A DNA stretch of 64,000 bases from Chrysomallon squamiferum (lineage: Eukaryota; Animalia; Mollusca), in the NCBI GenBank assembly GCA_012295275.1, contig CM022672.1, positions 22,134,001-22,198,000 of the forward strand. Direction: 5' to 3'. The notes beneath the pieces were generated by a model. The model saw only the letters and a program-made list of their open reading frames with translations, was not told the origin of the DNA and did not search any database. This document shows positions 1 through 15,950 of the stretch, one piece after another; positions within the stretch are counted from its first letter, which is position 1; each line of letters begins with the position of its first letter. The position numbers were made by a program, and so were the translations under genes.

Positions 1-281
1 TTTTAGAATATGAAGCGATTAATGCACAAAACTTTAAAATGCTTTGCATTTGAAATATATACCCGTCTTTCAACAAAGATTTTCAACGCCTATTATTATA
101 AAATATATAGATTTACTATGTTCAAACGTATGTGTGTGTATATGTATGTATATGTATGTATGTATACACACGCGCACACAAACACATTACATTTGACAAA
201 GATAAACTGAATTTATAACTCCATTTAAAATATAGAGTTTTTTGAAAACTACAGCATTTAAAACAAATTATAAAATTTAAT

Positions 282-316
<35 letters not shown>

Positions 317-880
317 GTATTCTGTTATCTCCATTACTTTTCTAGCAAACTGGTTTTAAAATACACATCTTTTAAATCGGTCATTGTTATTTCCAATTCA
401 TTCAACATGTACTGCATTTAAAACACACAAGAGCTGCTTTGCTTCTTGTCCTATCTCTGGAGAATGCACTACACAGATGAAACACGTCAGAAGTATTCTA
501 ACTTTTTCTGTTTTATATTTCATCGATGACGCAAAGGAGACATTGTACACGATATTAATCTAAACAATTTAACAAGATTTGTCGCTTTATTAACCAAAAT
601 TTCATTTTGTAAAAGGTTCATTGCGTCACGTATGCCTTAGTTTCTTTGGGGGTTTGTGCAGTGATCTCAAATTAACTCATAACACTGTTTTTACATTGGC
701 GTTTGTATAGAGGAAACTTTGAACGGATCTCACATCAGTTACAAATCAGGATAAAAACACCTTTGATGAATACTTACTTAGACGTATAATAAACAGTTAT
801 ATACGTACATATCTATATGCAGAGATATACATGACATACAAATATATATAAATACGGTCATCAATGCAGTGTACATATAT

Positions 881-881
<1 letters not shown>

Positions 882-948
<67 letters not shown>
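882..948. repeat. (CA)n microsatellite
   Basis: Perfect dinucleotide run. Confidence 0.95.
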
Positions 949-954
<6 letters not shown>

Positions 955-2519
955 ATGTAATTACACTTACATAAACAACCGGATTTATATACACATATAG
1001 ACACCTCTACACACGTACAGACATACATTATATTATTTATATATATACAGATTTAAATTAGACGAAACCTTCACAAATACAGTCTAGCTTCTTAAAATAT
1101 CTAGCTATTTATACATCACTCTGCAGCATTTCTTCTCACATATTAATATACGTTAGTCGCAGCTAATAAAAATATCACAGAAAGATGCCTCGAAGGTATT
1201 TAACCTTCAAGACCAGGTTACTTATGTGTTATTTCAAAACAACACCAAGCAGTAATGGACGAGCCCCAGTTAGAATAACATAACATAACAAAACAAACAA
1301 AACAAAAACATTGAGAACGTTCTTCTGTCTCATTCAGATACATTATGCTGTTAAAAAAAAAAAAAAAAATGAAAAAAAAAATATATATATTGATGCCTTG
1401 CTTTTGAAACTGAATCATACATGACTGGATCTAGGTAGCTAATTACGCCCCAACCAATGGCCACCTGAATGCCAGAAGTAAAGCTTCGCTTCAGGCGACA
1501 CTCGACTAAGTAACTTTCCATTAGCGGTAGTAATAACACACATTCATATTATTTAGAAACCAGAGATTTCCTGGAATGAAAATGGACAAATCGTAAACAT
1601 CCTTTGACGGTGTTTTGATGACGTCGTGTTCCAAATGTACGCAGACGCGTGGACGGCGTTTGTCATATTGATAAAAATGATAAAAATAGACTGCTTGGTG
1701 TCTGTGTCTGTGTTGTCTGTGTCTGTATCTGTGTCTGTGTTTTAAATATAATTTATGTTTTTAAAAATTGTATATTTTTTTTTTTCATTTATAATTTTTT
1801 TTAAAAAAATATATTTTTTTTTTTATTATTTTTTTATTAGTATTTTTATTTTTATTATTATTATTATTTTTTTTATTATTATTTTATTATTATTTTATTA
1901 TTATTTTTTTTTTTTTTGAATGAAGGTTATTGATATAATGTTATTATATGCATTAATTAAATGTATGTATATGTTAGTATGTATGTATCTAAGTATGCAT
2001 GTGTGTGTATATGTATATATATATATATATTATGAATGAATGTATGTATTTATTAATGAATGAAGGTTATATTTGTATATATGAATGAATGTATCTATGT
2101 ATGTATGCATGTATATATGAATGAAAGTATATATTATGTATGTATGTATGCATGTATCTCTGCATGAATATATGTGTATAAGTACATTTATTTCTAATTA
2201 CATTAGATTCACACTTCAAAATTAACTAAAGCTATCTGGAGTGTCATTACTTCCCTTAACCTCCATCCATTTCACTTAATTTTATTTTATTACACTTCAT
2301 TTCACTTCATTCTGTTTTATTAGCCACAGACGTATTCTGTTGTGTTACTTGTCAGTCGATATTTCCCAGCAGTAAATCAAAGACATCGTTTTTACTGTCC
2401 CGTCAGTGTTACCTCAAATAAAAGCTTCATCTTTGTAGCCGATAGAGGTCTCTGAACGAGTCCTCTGGTACATTTGTCACTTTAAAACGTAAAAACTGCT
2501 TCATTGTTGCATAGGAAGA

Positions 2520-2615
2520 GTGAATGAATGAATGAATGAATGAACGAATGAAGTCGTTTATGACGCCCTAGTATCAAACGAAACTGCATTGACTGTTTAT
2601 TGGGTGTTAGAGATT
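2520..2615 (-). mobile_element. Probable SINE 3' tail with (TTCA)n terminal repeat
   Basis: (TGAA)n is followed by GTTTATGACGCCCTAGTA...TATTGGGTGTTAGA. This is the layout of a simple-repeat-tailed SINE end; family resemblance is from memory only. Confidence 0.35.
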
Positions 2616-2811
2616 AACACTCATTCATTCACCCACGCACATAACATGCATGAGTTCATACATAAATACATATATATACAAGCATACATTTTACACATGC
2701 ATTCGCATGTGCATACAAAAAGATTGTGTTACATACATACATATACAGACATACAGAGATAGAAAGACAAATAGATAAAAAGACAGACATACAGATAGAT
2801 AGATAAATAGG

Positions 2812-2843
<32 letters not shown>

Positions 2844-5239
2844 TGGATGGATAAGGATAATTATATAATATAATTAGAAGTGTGCATATCTGAAAAATGA
2901 ATCAGTGTGTCTTAATCATCGTGAAGAATGCTTATCTTAGTGATAACAATTGTAAAATACGTGTTTCAACCGTACACCTTTAATTTAATACAACATATTC
3001 AACACATATCAGGACACCTTTCTTCCAAAAAAAAAAAAAAAAAAAAAAAAAATGAATAAACAGATTCTTCAGACACTGACATGATTCATAATTGTTGTTT
3101 TTTCATTATTGTTTTTTTTTTTTTTTTTTTTTTTGTTTTTGCAAAACATTTGAATCAGACCTTCCCACCTTAAACCCACTGAACTTGAAATTTGAAATAC
3201 TTCGGACGCAGACGAACTCATTAACATACTCTGCTGTCGTTAGACTGACGTGTGTCTGTATTCGTTAAAACAGCTTCAGCCTTTCTCCGGTGATCCAAGT
3301 GAATCGTACGTTCTCGCGTGTTCTGACGGATTAGTCAGAGAATCTGACAAGGTGTTTCGTCTGTGACTGATCGTTCACGTTTTTGTCACATAAACACACA
3401 CACACACACACACAATGGCCAAACAGCAAAAACGTGTGCTGGCTTTTTTCCAAAACCAGTCGCATAATTAATTCATCGTAATCCTAAACGCATCGGGGAA
3501 ACTGGAAACGAGCCATAACTTATCGATGTTAATAAGCATGTTAGTTTTGTTTGTTCGCTGTTGTTGTTGTTGTTGTTGTTGTAGTTTGTTATAGCTGTTG
3601 CTTTTTGTTATTGTTGTTGCTACACTTTTTTTTTCTCACATTCTTATTGCTGGCATTACTGTTGTTGATTTGGAGTTGTTGTTCTTGTTTTTTTTCGTGA
3701 TTTTATTATTATAGTTGCTTTTGTCGTTCTTAATGTTGTGTTGTTTTTTTCTTAATATTACTGTTGTTGTAATGTATGTACGTGTTGTTATTTTCTTCTT
3801 TTATTCTTTTCTGTCTGTTATTGTTGCTGTTGCACATGCTGTGTTTTTTAGATATTATTATTGTTGATTTGTTGTTGTTACAGCTGTTTGCAAATAAATA
3901 AATAAGTAAATAAGTAAGCAAGTAAGTAAGTAAAACAGTAAGTAAGTAAATAAATAAATAAATAAATAATCAAATAATTAATTATAAAGCAAAACATTAT
4001 TATTTTCAGTACACAACCAAAACTAAAGCATCAATGAATTCAGTCTTCTCTGACTGTCTGCTTGTCTGTCTGTCTGTCTGTCTGACTGTCTTTCTGTCTT
4101 TCTGTCTTTCTGTCTGTCTGTCTGTCTTTCAACGAATGTTTTTTTTCTTTTACCCATCCTTCAACCACAGCACCGCGCCAGGCCTCACAAAGGCTGCAAT
4201 CAATACAACATGCTTCCTATCCTTTGAAGACTGAGTCATGACGAGGAAATGAAAACGTCCGCGGCAGGACGTCGTTCAGATCAACTGATCCGTTGTGACT
4301 GAGCTCACTTCAGGAAGAAGAGGATGTTAGTCTGCGTTCTACCACAGTCGTGTCAGCGACGTCTTTACATCGCTAGTCCAGCACGTCTGGTTCTCGACAG
4401 TTTTCTTTCTGCTACTGCAACGTCAGCTTCATTTATTGTCGTCTTCTCCTGCTCCTCCTGCTCCTCCTGCTCCTCCTGCTCCTACTGCTCCTCCTGCTCC
4501 TCCTCCTCCTCCTTCTTCTTCTTCTTCTTTTTATTATTATTATTATTATATTAATGCATGCTAGGACAAAATTAAGCACTGATGACCTGTATTTCCCAGT
4601 GGTATAATTATTCTGATAAACGCCAAATGTTATTTTGTTATATCAAAACTGAAGCTTTAGACCTCACTTTTGTGAAGGTCTTGAATTGTTTGAATTATTG
4701 CTATTGTTGTTTTATTTCTTTATTGTGTTTTTAGGTTTATATAAGTACTACAGTTTTTGCTTTTTGTCGTTGTTGTTGTTGTTGTTTTTTGTTGATGTTG
4801 TTTTTGTTTGATTTTTTGTTATTGCTGTTGGCTTTTTCATCCGAAAAAATATCTTTACACCATTATTACCACACCATCATCATCATAACAAGAAAAACAA
4901 AACAACAGTAATAAAATAATAATATGAACAACAGTAACAACAAGAGGACAACATCTGCAATAACAAACAATTGCAGAAACTAAACAACTTTAGTCTATAA
5001 TAGTTATTTCCGATATACGATTATTAATACACCAACTTTGAGCTGCGTTTCACCATCAGAATCGTCAATACTCCTGTTACATTAACGCGTCCCGCATGAC
5101 AGAATATTAATAATTAGTTTCACAGGAAGCAGATGTACAGTGTATTTTTCCATTGTAGACATAGGGACACAAATTGATAAAAGCTGAGTTAGCCATTTTG
5201 TTTGCCGAATAATCTCTGATTCAGCTGTTTAAAAATCTG

Positions 5240-5246
5240 ATGGATG

Positions 5247-5277
<31 letters not shown>

Positions 5278-5506
5278 GTATGTATGTATGTTTGTATGTA
5301 TGCATGTATGTATGTATGTATATGTACATGTGTGTGTGTGTATGTATGTTTGTTTGTTTGTCTGTCTGTTTGAATGTATGCATTTATATGAGTATGTATG
5401 TGTGTATGTATATAATATTTATGTGAGCGTATGTATAGATGTATGTATATGCGTTCATGTAGGCAGGTGTGTATATAGGTAGGTGTATGTGTGTGTGTGT
5501 GTTTAC

Positions 5507-5540
<34 letters not shown>

Positions 5541-5570
5541 GCACAGACACACATACACATATACATGTAG
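5240..5570. repeat. Compound (TATG)n/(TG)n/(TA)n/(CA)n microsatellite
   Basis: Visible simple repeats; source of several spurious ORFs. Confidence 0.9.
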
Positions 5571-6406
5571 CATAATGGCTAACAGAGAGGTTCGTGTTTA
5601 TTTAAGCCATAACAAAATGTTACCAGACAACGCTGAAAGTAATTCGTTACACAACAGCTGTTATGAACTGATAATAACGCGGGTCACTACAGCTATTTGA
5701 AAGGCCTCGTGTATAGTATTCAGTCCCCAGTGAGGTTTCATAGCAGTAATTTCCTCTGGGAAATACAAACAGCTTAATCCAGCCTGGTCTCTATTAATCC
5801 TTGCTTCACAGAAATAAAGATTTTAACCCCAGCGTTATGAATAATGAATCTTCTGATAAGGTTCACAGTTCATCAGTCATTCTAGCGTATATTACATTAC
5901 GTACAGCATGAAGTCTGGATTGTTTGCCTAAGTTTATGGCAGAACTGTGCATGACAGTATGAGAGAATTAATACGTGTGTTTATGGTTGTGTATGCGTAT
6001 GTATGTGTGCATGTATGTATGTATGGTATGCCGTTTCTGTTTGCGTATTATATGTATGAATATATATTTGCGTTTGCGGCAATTACTTCTAAATAAGATG
6101 GAACAAGGACCGCACCCTGTACACACATGGTTCTTTTCCATTGATACTCAACGTCAAAGAACTATATGAAACAGCTTACTGTGAGTGTGTGTGTGTGTGT
6201 GTGTTTGTCTGTGTGTATACACACATGATATTCTCTTCAGTATGTGTATCTTCAGAGACCAATCCGTCCTCTGACCTTATGGTTAGAGATGTAACACTAT
6301 TAACCAGTTCTATTAAGATATTTCAATTTAAGTCTAAACGTGAAAGGTACTTCATCTAAGTCTGTGTTACTGTATATATTGGGAATCTGATGAATTTTTT
6401 AAAGCA

Positions 6407-6730
6407 TAATTCAAAACATGAACTGTACTTTCAGTTACTGTTATCTGGAAGAATAGCTTTTTTGATCTGCTTATTCCCTGTTGATGCATAATCTATCGAA
6501 CAGCGAATTCGAGGAATTATTTCTTAGTCTAATTTAAAGCTTGAAATCTACTTTCAATTGTTATCATCTGGAAGAATAGTCTTCTGATCTGCTTAGTCTA
6601 CGTTGCAGCATAATCAACCGTACATTGCGAATTTGATGACTTTTTCTTTCTTTTCTTAAAAATTTTTTTTTTTTTTTAAGATTAATTCAAAGCTTGAAAA
6701 AGTACTTTCAGTGCCATCATCTGGAAGAAT
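6407..6730. repeat. Degenerate ~123-bp tandem repeat, ~2.3 copies
   Basis: TAATTYAAARC...TACTTTCA...ATCTGGAAGAAT recurs at ~6407, ~6530 and ~6683. Confidence 0.8.
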
Positions 6731-9259
6731 GGAAGAACTTTTTTTTTTTTTTTTTTTTTATTTGGCCCTCGTTAATGTATAAATTATTTCTGAAAAAAAA
6801 AAAAATGATCGTGTATTGAGTTAGTTGAGGAAAGGTTTAGATGCTAAACGGTAATAAAGTTGGCTCTGCATTCAGACGGAGTAAAGTAAACAAAGTGTTT
6901 ACGTACACGAATCCAAATCTCAGGCTCTTTTGTATGAAACGCACAGCTGCGGTTCCCGCACGGCTCGTATCAGGACGATAAAAAGCACCAACGTTTGCCT
7001 GATTGCAGAGTTTTACGAGCTTGGGATAGTCTCCATAAAGTCATGTTATTTCCACCTGTCATATAAATAAAAATGGCTGGATAGAAAAATGGCTGCCATA
7101 ATCGATTTGAATTTCAAATCCAGACTAAGATGGAAGAGAGAAAAAAGTCATCTTCGCATGTTGCCATGGATTTATGTTACATGGTTGTAACGCCAGGTGA
7201 TTATGGAGGAAATATATCTTCAGGAAAATCTGCTGATCAGTCTGGAAGTACATTAACTACTTGCCTTTATGTTCCTACTTAGGTAAATATGCTTATCTGT
7301 ATACGAACACCTTGTACTTTAATGCTATTGATTTTGAGTTGCTAAGAATATCTGATTTAATACAGACTTTGGGTTTCCTATTAGATTACAAGAACGTATC
7401 ATATTACAGAAACTGCAGAGAAAGGCAAGAACAAAAGAAAGGAATTAAAAAAAGAAAAGAAAATGGTAGACAAAAGCGACTTGAAAAGGAAATAAGGAAG
7501 ATGTATTTTAATAAAGAATCTAAATAGAACTTTTCTAATAAGCAGAAAAGAAAATGAAATTGCACTACATAACGATAGATTAAAACCACGCAATATTTGT
7601 ATCTTCAGCATTACGGTTTAAACGTTGAACTCAAAGAAATATACATTATAACATAAATGCACTTCTTAGGAAAGACCATGGAAAGAAAAGTTAGATGCGA
7701 AGTCACTGAATAGACGTATTCGACAAAAATGAGAATTCTTTTAAATTAAAAAAAAAAAAAAAGTTTCAAAAAAGAAAAGAAAAAGAATAAAAGAATAAAA
7801 GGGGAAAATTAATGTTTATAATTCAATCTTTGAGAACTGAAACGCATTTAATCAAAAAAAAAAAAAAAAAATGACAAATCATATTATCTATATCTATATA
7901 CTATACGCAACTGAATCTCTGATATCAGAAATCAGAAATAAACCCTCTTTAGAATCAACCCAAAACTGTCTACGAAAACCGCAGTCACGCAATGCGCTCA
8001 ACAAAAACGAAAAAAACACAAAAAACAACAACAAAAAAAAAACACAAAAAAACCCTCTGCTACTAACAACAGCGTTCCTGGCTTGGACGATACAGTTAAT
8101 GGCGTCGATCTTTAAATACTTTAAATGAAAATAAATCAATACCTTTCTTTACATCGATCCCATCAAGCTGTATGGGAATTTATTACGCTTGACGGAGACT
8201 GCAAGAGGGCCCAGACTTTGGCCTCTGCAGTCTGATGATGAAGTGTTATCAAGGTGTGTGTGTGTGTGTGTGTGTGTTGTGTGTGTGTGTGTGTGTGTGT
8301 TTTTTCATGCCTCTCAGTAATCGCTCTCATCTTGCCGGACATTAATCTCCGAACGAGCGACTCTCGAGGCTTGATGGCGTTATCCGGATTCGATCGCAGA
8401 TTTACAAATGACGTGATGTATTCACGAGTTAATTAAGGAGCGCTTCGTTCATGCGGCACTGTGCTGACTCGATAGACAAGCTTGGCAAACGTTTTTTCTT
8501 GCCTCGCCAGTGGTTTCTGAGAACGTCAAGTTCTCATGGTTGAAGGGTTGGAGGACAAAAATAAAGATTTGTTTTCCTAAAGCGCACGATCGTAGGGGAT
8601 ATTGAGTTAATTGTTTGGACATCACTCATTGGTGTGTCCGGTATACTGAATGAAAAAAATAACAAAAAGTAATGAAATTACTTTTAAGGTTTCTTTGTGT
8701 TAAACGTTTGATGTTTCTGTTGTATTTGTTACTGGTTGTTACAGAATAAAAAAAAAAAAAAAAAAAAAAAAAATTGAAGATATACGTTAATGAAGATTAA
8801 GTAATTAAAAAATGATTATAAATGAACAATTACCATCTTAATTTATGTTCTGTTTTTAATTTTTATATAAAACAAAAATATTTATTTTTTTATTTATTTG
8901 TTTGTTTGTTTATTTACTTATGTATTTATTTTTATTTTTATTTTCTTAAATTTATTTATATTTGATGTTAACCATTTCCACTTTACTTTTTTATATTTAT
9001 TTTGTTTTTTGGTTGTAATAACTACTTTCCCAGAATGTATTCTTTCAACTTAAATAATAATATAAATTCTGAAGAAGACAATCAAAAAAAAAAAAAAATG
9101 AAGTAGGTCAACAATCTATAAACATAATTAACACTTTGACATTTTAGATCGTAAACAACTAAAACAGTATCTATTTATGTATTTCTATATTCTCAAGTGT
9201 GTATATATATATATATTTGTCTAATGTATATCTACATATATACATACACACATACATAC

Positions 9260-9290
<31 letters not shown>

Positions 9291-9304
9291 CATACATACA
9301 TACA

Positions 9305-9336
<32 letters not shown>

Positions 9337-10276
9337 AGCATTTCAAGAGCATATCTGTAAAAGCATTTACAGACATTTAAAAAAAAAAAAAAAAAAAAAA
9401 AAGCAAGAAATCGTAAAAAAAGCAAAATAAACGAAGTGAATTGTATTAAAATAAATGTCTTATTACCTTTTCCGCAAAATAAAATCTTTCAATGCCGAAT
9501 TTAAGCATCCGAAGCAAATAAAAATGTCCAACGGAAGAAAATATAAAATTACAATAAAACATCTCTGTTGCATTACACCGAATAAAATAAAACTAAAAAA
9601 GGCCCTCCAACGTGATTAAAATGGTATCTTTTCCTTTCAGATCTGTTGTCGACAACAATTATTACGATATCTGGGGCTGGTCAAGAATCCATTAAAGCAG
9701 AAAACGTATAAATAAACAGATAAGTGGAGAAAGTGTGATAAAAACATTTAGTTGGACTCAGAAACAGTGACAAGGTTAGCAGGTTAGAGGCGAGAAAGTC
9801 GAGTGTTGGGAAAGAGACATTTACTCAACTTTAATGAATTAACTGAAGAAATGTGTTTAAAGGAAAGAAGAAAATAGCGGAGGTTGTGTAGAAATGAAAA
9901 AAAAAAAGAAAAAAAAAAGAGAGAGAGTAAAATACGTAGGTCTAATAAGCGGATAATTTATTTATACAAATGTATAAATATACGTGTGTCTGTGTGTGTG
10001 TGCGTGTGTTTTTGATTTATATATTTATCTGCATATTCAGTTATGTACGTATTTGAGTGTACATCTACAGCTCGGTCTGTCTCCATTTATCTCTTGACAT
10101 CTATCTGTCTGTATGTGCGTCTTTGCCTATCAGTATCTGCTCGTATGTATGTATGTATGTATGTATGTATATATGTATTTATGTAAGTAGTATGTATGTA
10201 GGTAGGTAGGTAGGTATGTGTGTATATATGAATGTGTGTATGTATTAATGTATGTATGTGTGTATGTATGTATGTA

Positions 10277-10315
<39 letters not shown>

Positions 10316-10961
10316 TTATGTTTATGTATGTTTATGCGTGTGTGTGTGTTTCTTTGAGTAAATAATAATGTCTGAGTTACCCATCATGTTTAAAAAACAA
10401 AACAAAAAATCAGCTAAATGTAGTCATGAATAATAAATAAAGACGAAATATAATTAGCAATAAATTAAATAAAACAACCAAAACATAAAAGAAAATAATA
10501 ATAAAAGAAAAATGGTTACAGTTTTGTTGTTACTCTTGCGGGATTTTTGGATGGGTTTTTTTTACGATGTGTTTAACTTAGTGAAATGACGAAATATTAA
10601 TCTGAGCTTATTTAATGCATATTCTAGAAAATCGATATTTCTATTATATTTTATTACTTTGTTGATTTCTCTTTCTCATTTATCAATTTGAATTACATTG
10701 AACAGAGTCATTTTATTTTATGTTATGCCATTCTCTTGCTATTCTGATTTTTTCTACTGAATTTCATATTTTTTTTTATAACGTTGCTACTTATTTGTGA
10801 ACGTAATAACTTTTTTTTTTCTTCAGTTAAATACACGTATTTAGTTATTGTTATCTGTTTTAACACAAACACACTAAAATAATAATATGTTTATCTAAAA
10901 CATAAATATAGATATTCGTACTTGCAATAGTATTTTCTTTTTTAACACCGTAATTAACATA

Positions 10962-10993
<32 letters not shown>

Positions 10994-11010
10994 TTTTTTT
11001 TATTATTATT

Positions 11011-11049
<39 letters not shown>

Positions 11050-11149
11050 ATTATTACTGTGCTATTTAATTTCTATATCGGAATACTAACAATCCAACAT
11101 TTTTAGAAGAAAAAAAAATACTAAAATAGAGAACACAAAAAACCTTAAT

Positions 11150-11260
11150 GAAAGAACTAGGAAGAACGTGTGGAGGAAAAAAAAATGGGAAAAAATCGAA
11201 ACGAAATAAACTCCGCACCTTTTAACAACAAAACGAAAGAACTAGGAAGAACGTGTGGGG

Positions 11261-11292
<32 letters not shown>

Positions 11293-11334
11293 GAAACGAA
11301 ATAAACTCCGCATCTTTTTAACAACAAAACGAAA
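11150..11334. repeat. 85-bp tandem duplication with poly-A expansion in the second copy
   Basis: GAAAGAACTAGGAAGAACGTGTGG...CGAAACGAAATAAACTCCGCA...TTTTAACAACAAAACG starts at 11150 and again at 11235. Confidence 0.9.
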
Positions 11335-11865
11335 ATAAAACTTGCCGCCGTGAGTCATGCCATCTCATTGACAGAAACAGTCGCAAAATACCATCACATC
11401 GACCATCTATACCAGATTAAATAAAATATTGATTCAGCTGAAGGCACTTTTCAGTTTTACACAACTCCTAATTCAGTGCCACAAAATATGATTCCATCGA
11501 TCAAGCCATCCCAGCGAACTTGCGCCATTCAGACATCCTGGCGAGTTCAAATCACAATGATTAAAGCGTGGAACACAGATACAAAGCCAAGCATTCGTTA
11601 GAGGCCGGTCGTGCTCGCAGTATCGATTCACTTCCGCGCCTATTATCCCGTTCCAACCCGCGAGCCGTGATTGATTGGTCAAAATGTCATCAGTCTGAGG
11701 AGTTTGGTTTCGTGGATGATTTTTGTCTAAGCAAGATTTATTATTTTTTTCTCTCTCTCTCTCTCCTGTCCATGAAGTAATGAGTTAATACTATCTTTTT
11801 GGTCGTCAGTTAATAAATGAAATGATGAATTATTAATTCGTGAGTTTTAATAGCCAACTTCTGAG

Positions 11866-13110
11866 GTGGTTGTAATAGTAATAATGGTAGCAATAGTAGT
11901 AATGGTCAAAGCTTTTAGTGGTGGTGGAGTAGTAGTAATAGCAGTCGTAGTTGTTGTAGTGGTAGCAGCAGAAATAGTAGTTGTAGCAATAGTAATAGTA
12001 GTAATAGTAGTTTTATTAATAGTTTTAATTGGGGTATTAGTAGTTGTAGTAAAGGTAGTGGTAGTAGCAGTAGTAGTAGCAGCAGTAGTAGTAGATATAA
12101 TAATAATAATAATAATAGTAGTAGTAGTAGTAGTAGTAGTCGTTACAGTAACAGCAATACTAACAGTGGTACTTGTATTAAAACAAAAATTAAAACGTAA
12201 GAAAAATTATCGTTAGCATTTTCTTACTATTACCTTTCTTCCTTCAGTTTTTGTCTTCTGTTAGTACTAAGCATTGTTTCATCGTTAACAGTTAATGCAA
12301 TTATATGGTTAACTGCTTCATCAGATTATCTTGCACGTAACAAGAGAAAGTTTATTTATGCCTATAATCTTATCATATGCCTTATATAGCACTGTATTGT
12401 TTTTATATCGTTACACTGATCATTCTGATAGACGTAATCACTGACGTATTTTTTTATTTATTTATTTATTTTTGTATTTATTTGCTTATCTGATAGACGT
12501 AATCACTGACGTATTTTTATTTATTTATTTATTTGCTTATTTATTTATTTATTTTTTTATTTATTTGCTTATTTATAGATTTATCTGCTTATTTTTTTTT
12601 TTTTATTTATTTATTTTTTTGTTTATTTATTTATCTGTTTATTTATTTATTTATTTATTTGCTTATTTATTGATTTATCTGCTTATTTTTTTTTTTTTTT
12701 TTAATTATATGTTTATTTTTGCCTGTTTCATTTGTGGGTCTTCGTTTACCATCAGTGTTGTTAATGATGTGCGTGTAATAACAGGCCATAGTAATAGTTG
12801 TTGTAACAGCAATATTAGCAGTAATAATAGCACTAGCAGCAACCACAGCCATAGCAACAGCAGTGGAATTATTGTAACAGTAACAATGGTAGGCTTGTAG
12901 TAGCAGCAATAGCAGTAAAAGTGGTAGTAGTGGTAGCAGCAGTGGCAATAGCAACAGCAACCCAGTAGTTGTTGTAGTAGCAGTAGCAGTAATAGCAGCG
13001 ATAACAATAGCAGCGGCAACAGCAGCAGTAGCAGCAGCAGTATTAATTTTTGTACTAATAATTCTAGTAATAACATCAGTAATACAAGAGGTAGTAACAG
13101 TAACAGTAGT

Positions 13111-13141
<31 letters not shown>

Positions 13142-13195
13142 ATTGAAGTAGTAGTAGTAGTAGTGGTGATGATCGTAGTAGTAGTAGCAGTAGTT
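11866..13195. repeat. Low-complexity block: (GTA/GCA/ATA)n, (TTTA)n, (GTA/GCA)n
   Basis: Trinucleotide tracts at 11866-12180 and 12790-13195, and a tetranucleotide tract at 12450-12720. The latter contains a ~30-bp duplication TCTGATAGACGTAATCACTGACGTATTTTT (12424, 12489). Confidence 0.9.
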
Positions 13196-13766
13196 TTTCT
13201 ACATAGTGAGGATAGTTTCGCTTATTTCGTGCGGCTGTGTATAAAACAGTTCGTTAATTCAGGTTCTATGTGTCGTGTCGATAAATTATTTAAAACGTAC
13301 AACTGAGTGACGTCATTTCAGCCTCAAGAGTAAAAGCAGCTGAAAGATATCAGGATATTCACGCTGCTTTGTCTGATTTTGAACAATTCGTCGTCATTTA
13401 AAACCTTTATCGCCATCATCAGCAATATCAGTAGAACTATGGTCATCATTATCATCAGTATCATTGTAATTATCAGCGTCATATTCATTTTAATAACAAA
13501 GACCGAATACATTCCATGGATGGAGAACGTAATAATTTTAGACATTGATTTTGTGAGTACTTGAAATGGGTGTACATTGTTTGAAAGGTATTTAGTAAAA
13601 AATAAATTGACGATATATTAACTATCATATATACCCATATACAAACACAGACACACACACATATATACACACACACGCACACACACAGACCGGCAGTGTA
13701 CTAGCATCAGCAGAAAAACTTCTTATGAACAGTATTATTATTAGTAGTAGTTTACGTAACTACATA

Positions 13767-13768
<2 letters not shown>

Positions 13769-13854
<86 letters not shown>
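13769..13854. repeat. (CT)n microsatellite
   Basis: Perfect run. Confidence 0.95.
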
Positions 13855-13864
<10 letters not shown>

Positions 13865-14316
13865 ATCTATCTATCTATCTCTTTTTCTCTATCTTTCTCT
13901 GTCTCTTTTCACCAGTTTCTCTGTCTTAGCCTCAATGGATTTTCTTCACGATACGTTTTCGTCTAAATGGGAACTTTAATTACCTACAATCGGTTTGTGT
14001 TATTTTTTTATTATTATTTTTTTTTTTTTTTTTATTTCCAGGCAGTTTATATCTCCCGGTGGTTCTTGTAGTACTTTTGGAAACCATTACTTGTAACCCC
14101 TTGTGATCTGTTTTTCAAGTACAAGTGTTATCAGCTTGTCTTGATTCGATCTCGTTTTCTCTAGAGTGCTTCAAATACTAATAATTGTCAGTCCCAGAAC
14201 CACAGCACACACACACACTTCTAGACTGACTGAGCATAAGTATTACAAAAATAACAGACCGGTAAATATACATATATACATGTAAGTTATAGACAACCAT
14301 ACATACATACTTACGT

Positions 14317-14464
<148 letters not shown>

Positions 14465-14991
14465 AAGAACACGACACGAGATATTTGAAATGGTGTAGAT
14501 AAATTACTTGTTGCGTGTTGCTCGGACTGTCAGTTCTATCGCGTGAGGAGCTTAAGAATCTGTTTTGAAACATTTCAGTTTATTTCCAGATGTTTTCTAA
14601 AACCGTTGTAAATCAATATCTAACATTTTCCTATCGTAGTACTGCTCTGTTCCTAACACGTTACGCTGTTATTTGTTAAATACCTGGTATTATTTATTTA
14701 TCTCTTGATTCATCCATCCATCCGCTCATCCATCCCTCTTTCTGTCTATCTGTCTATTTCTAAATATCTTAATTCCATTAGTCTCTTTCCCTTTCCATTT
14801 TATAGTGAAAAACGCTTTGGTATTTCAGTCATGTCTATGATAAGGTGCTAGATTACACAAAGTATCTTACTGCTACATAAAGCCGGTAATTATTATTAAT
14901 TTTAAGAAAACGTTAATAATTGAATGTTTTATGACTTTAAACAAACATGCATTAATTCATTCATTCTATTATTATTGTTTCTACTTCTTCT

Positions 14992-14994
<3 letters not shown>

Positions 14995-15086
<92 letters not shown>
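14995..15086. repeat. (CT)n microsatellite
   Basis: Perfect run. Confidence 0.95.
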
Positions 15087-15090
<4 letters not shown>

Positions 15091-15526
15091 TCTTCATTAA
15101 CACCATCTGAACAACCGGCAAGTGAAACTGTCCATAACATTTTTTTTTCTCACACTTTTAAAAGCTTCCATTTTTCCACTGTTTCCACACGGAATTTCTC
15201 TTTCTCACACACGCCAACCAGCATTTAATGTTTTATTCATTGCTCACTGGCCTGTGCGATTTCCTGCAAACAACCTAATGGCTTTAGCGGGTAATTATAA
15301 AAGTATTTTGTAGCGGCGAGCTATCGAAGTAATTTGCACTAATCAGCGCAGACGTCATTAAGATTATGTGAGTATATTTGGTTTGTGAAGCCAATGTAGT
15401 CAAACAGAAAAGGATAGATATTAACTGAAGTCGTGTTTCGTTAACGTGTCTGAATCAGTGGGTAATTGAATGTCGTGTTCTTCGTATACAGATCATATAT
15501 ATATACACACATACATACATACACAT

Positions 15527-15592
<66 letters not shown>

Positions 15593-15950
15593 AGCCTAAG
15601 TATCGATGCATACAGCCTGAACAATCATATCTACACGTAAAGTATTCATACATAAAGTCAAACAAACATACGCAAACGTGTCTTAAAAACTTGCATGTGT
15701 CTGTATATCTATTTCTGTCTCTGTCTAACTGTCCATGTAGATGTCTGTTCTTTTTTCTGTCTGATTGTATGTATACGTACAAAATGTGAATGTAAACAAA
15801 CAAAAAATTAGTCTAATAAAATCAAAATTAAAATTATCAATTAATTATTAAAACATAATTAATTAACAAATTGAAACGTGCATAAATTCGCTGAAGGTTG
15901 AAGAACTATATATATATATATATAAAACCAAGTATGTACTTTAGACTTGA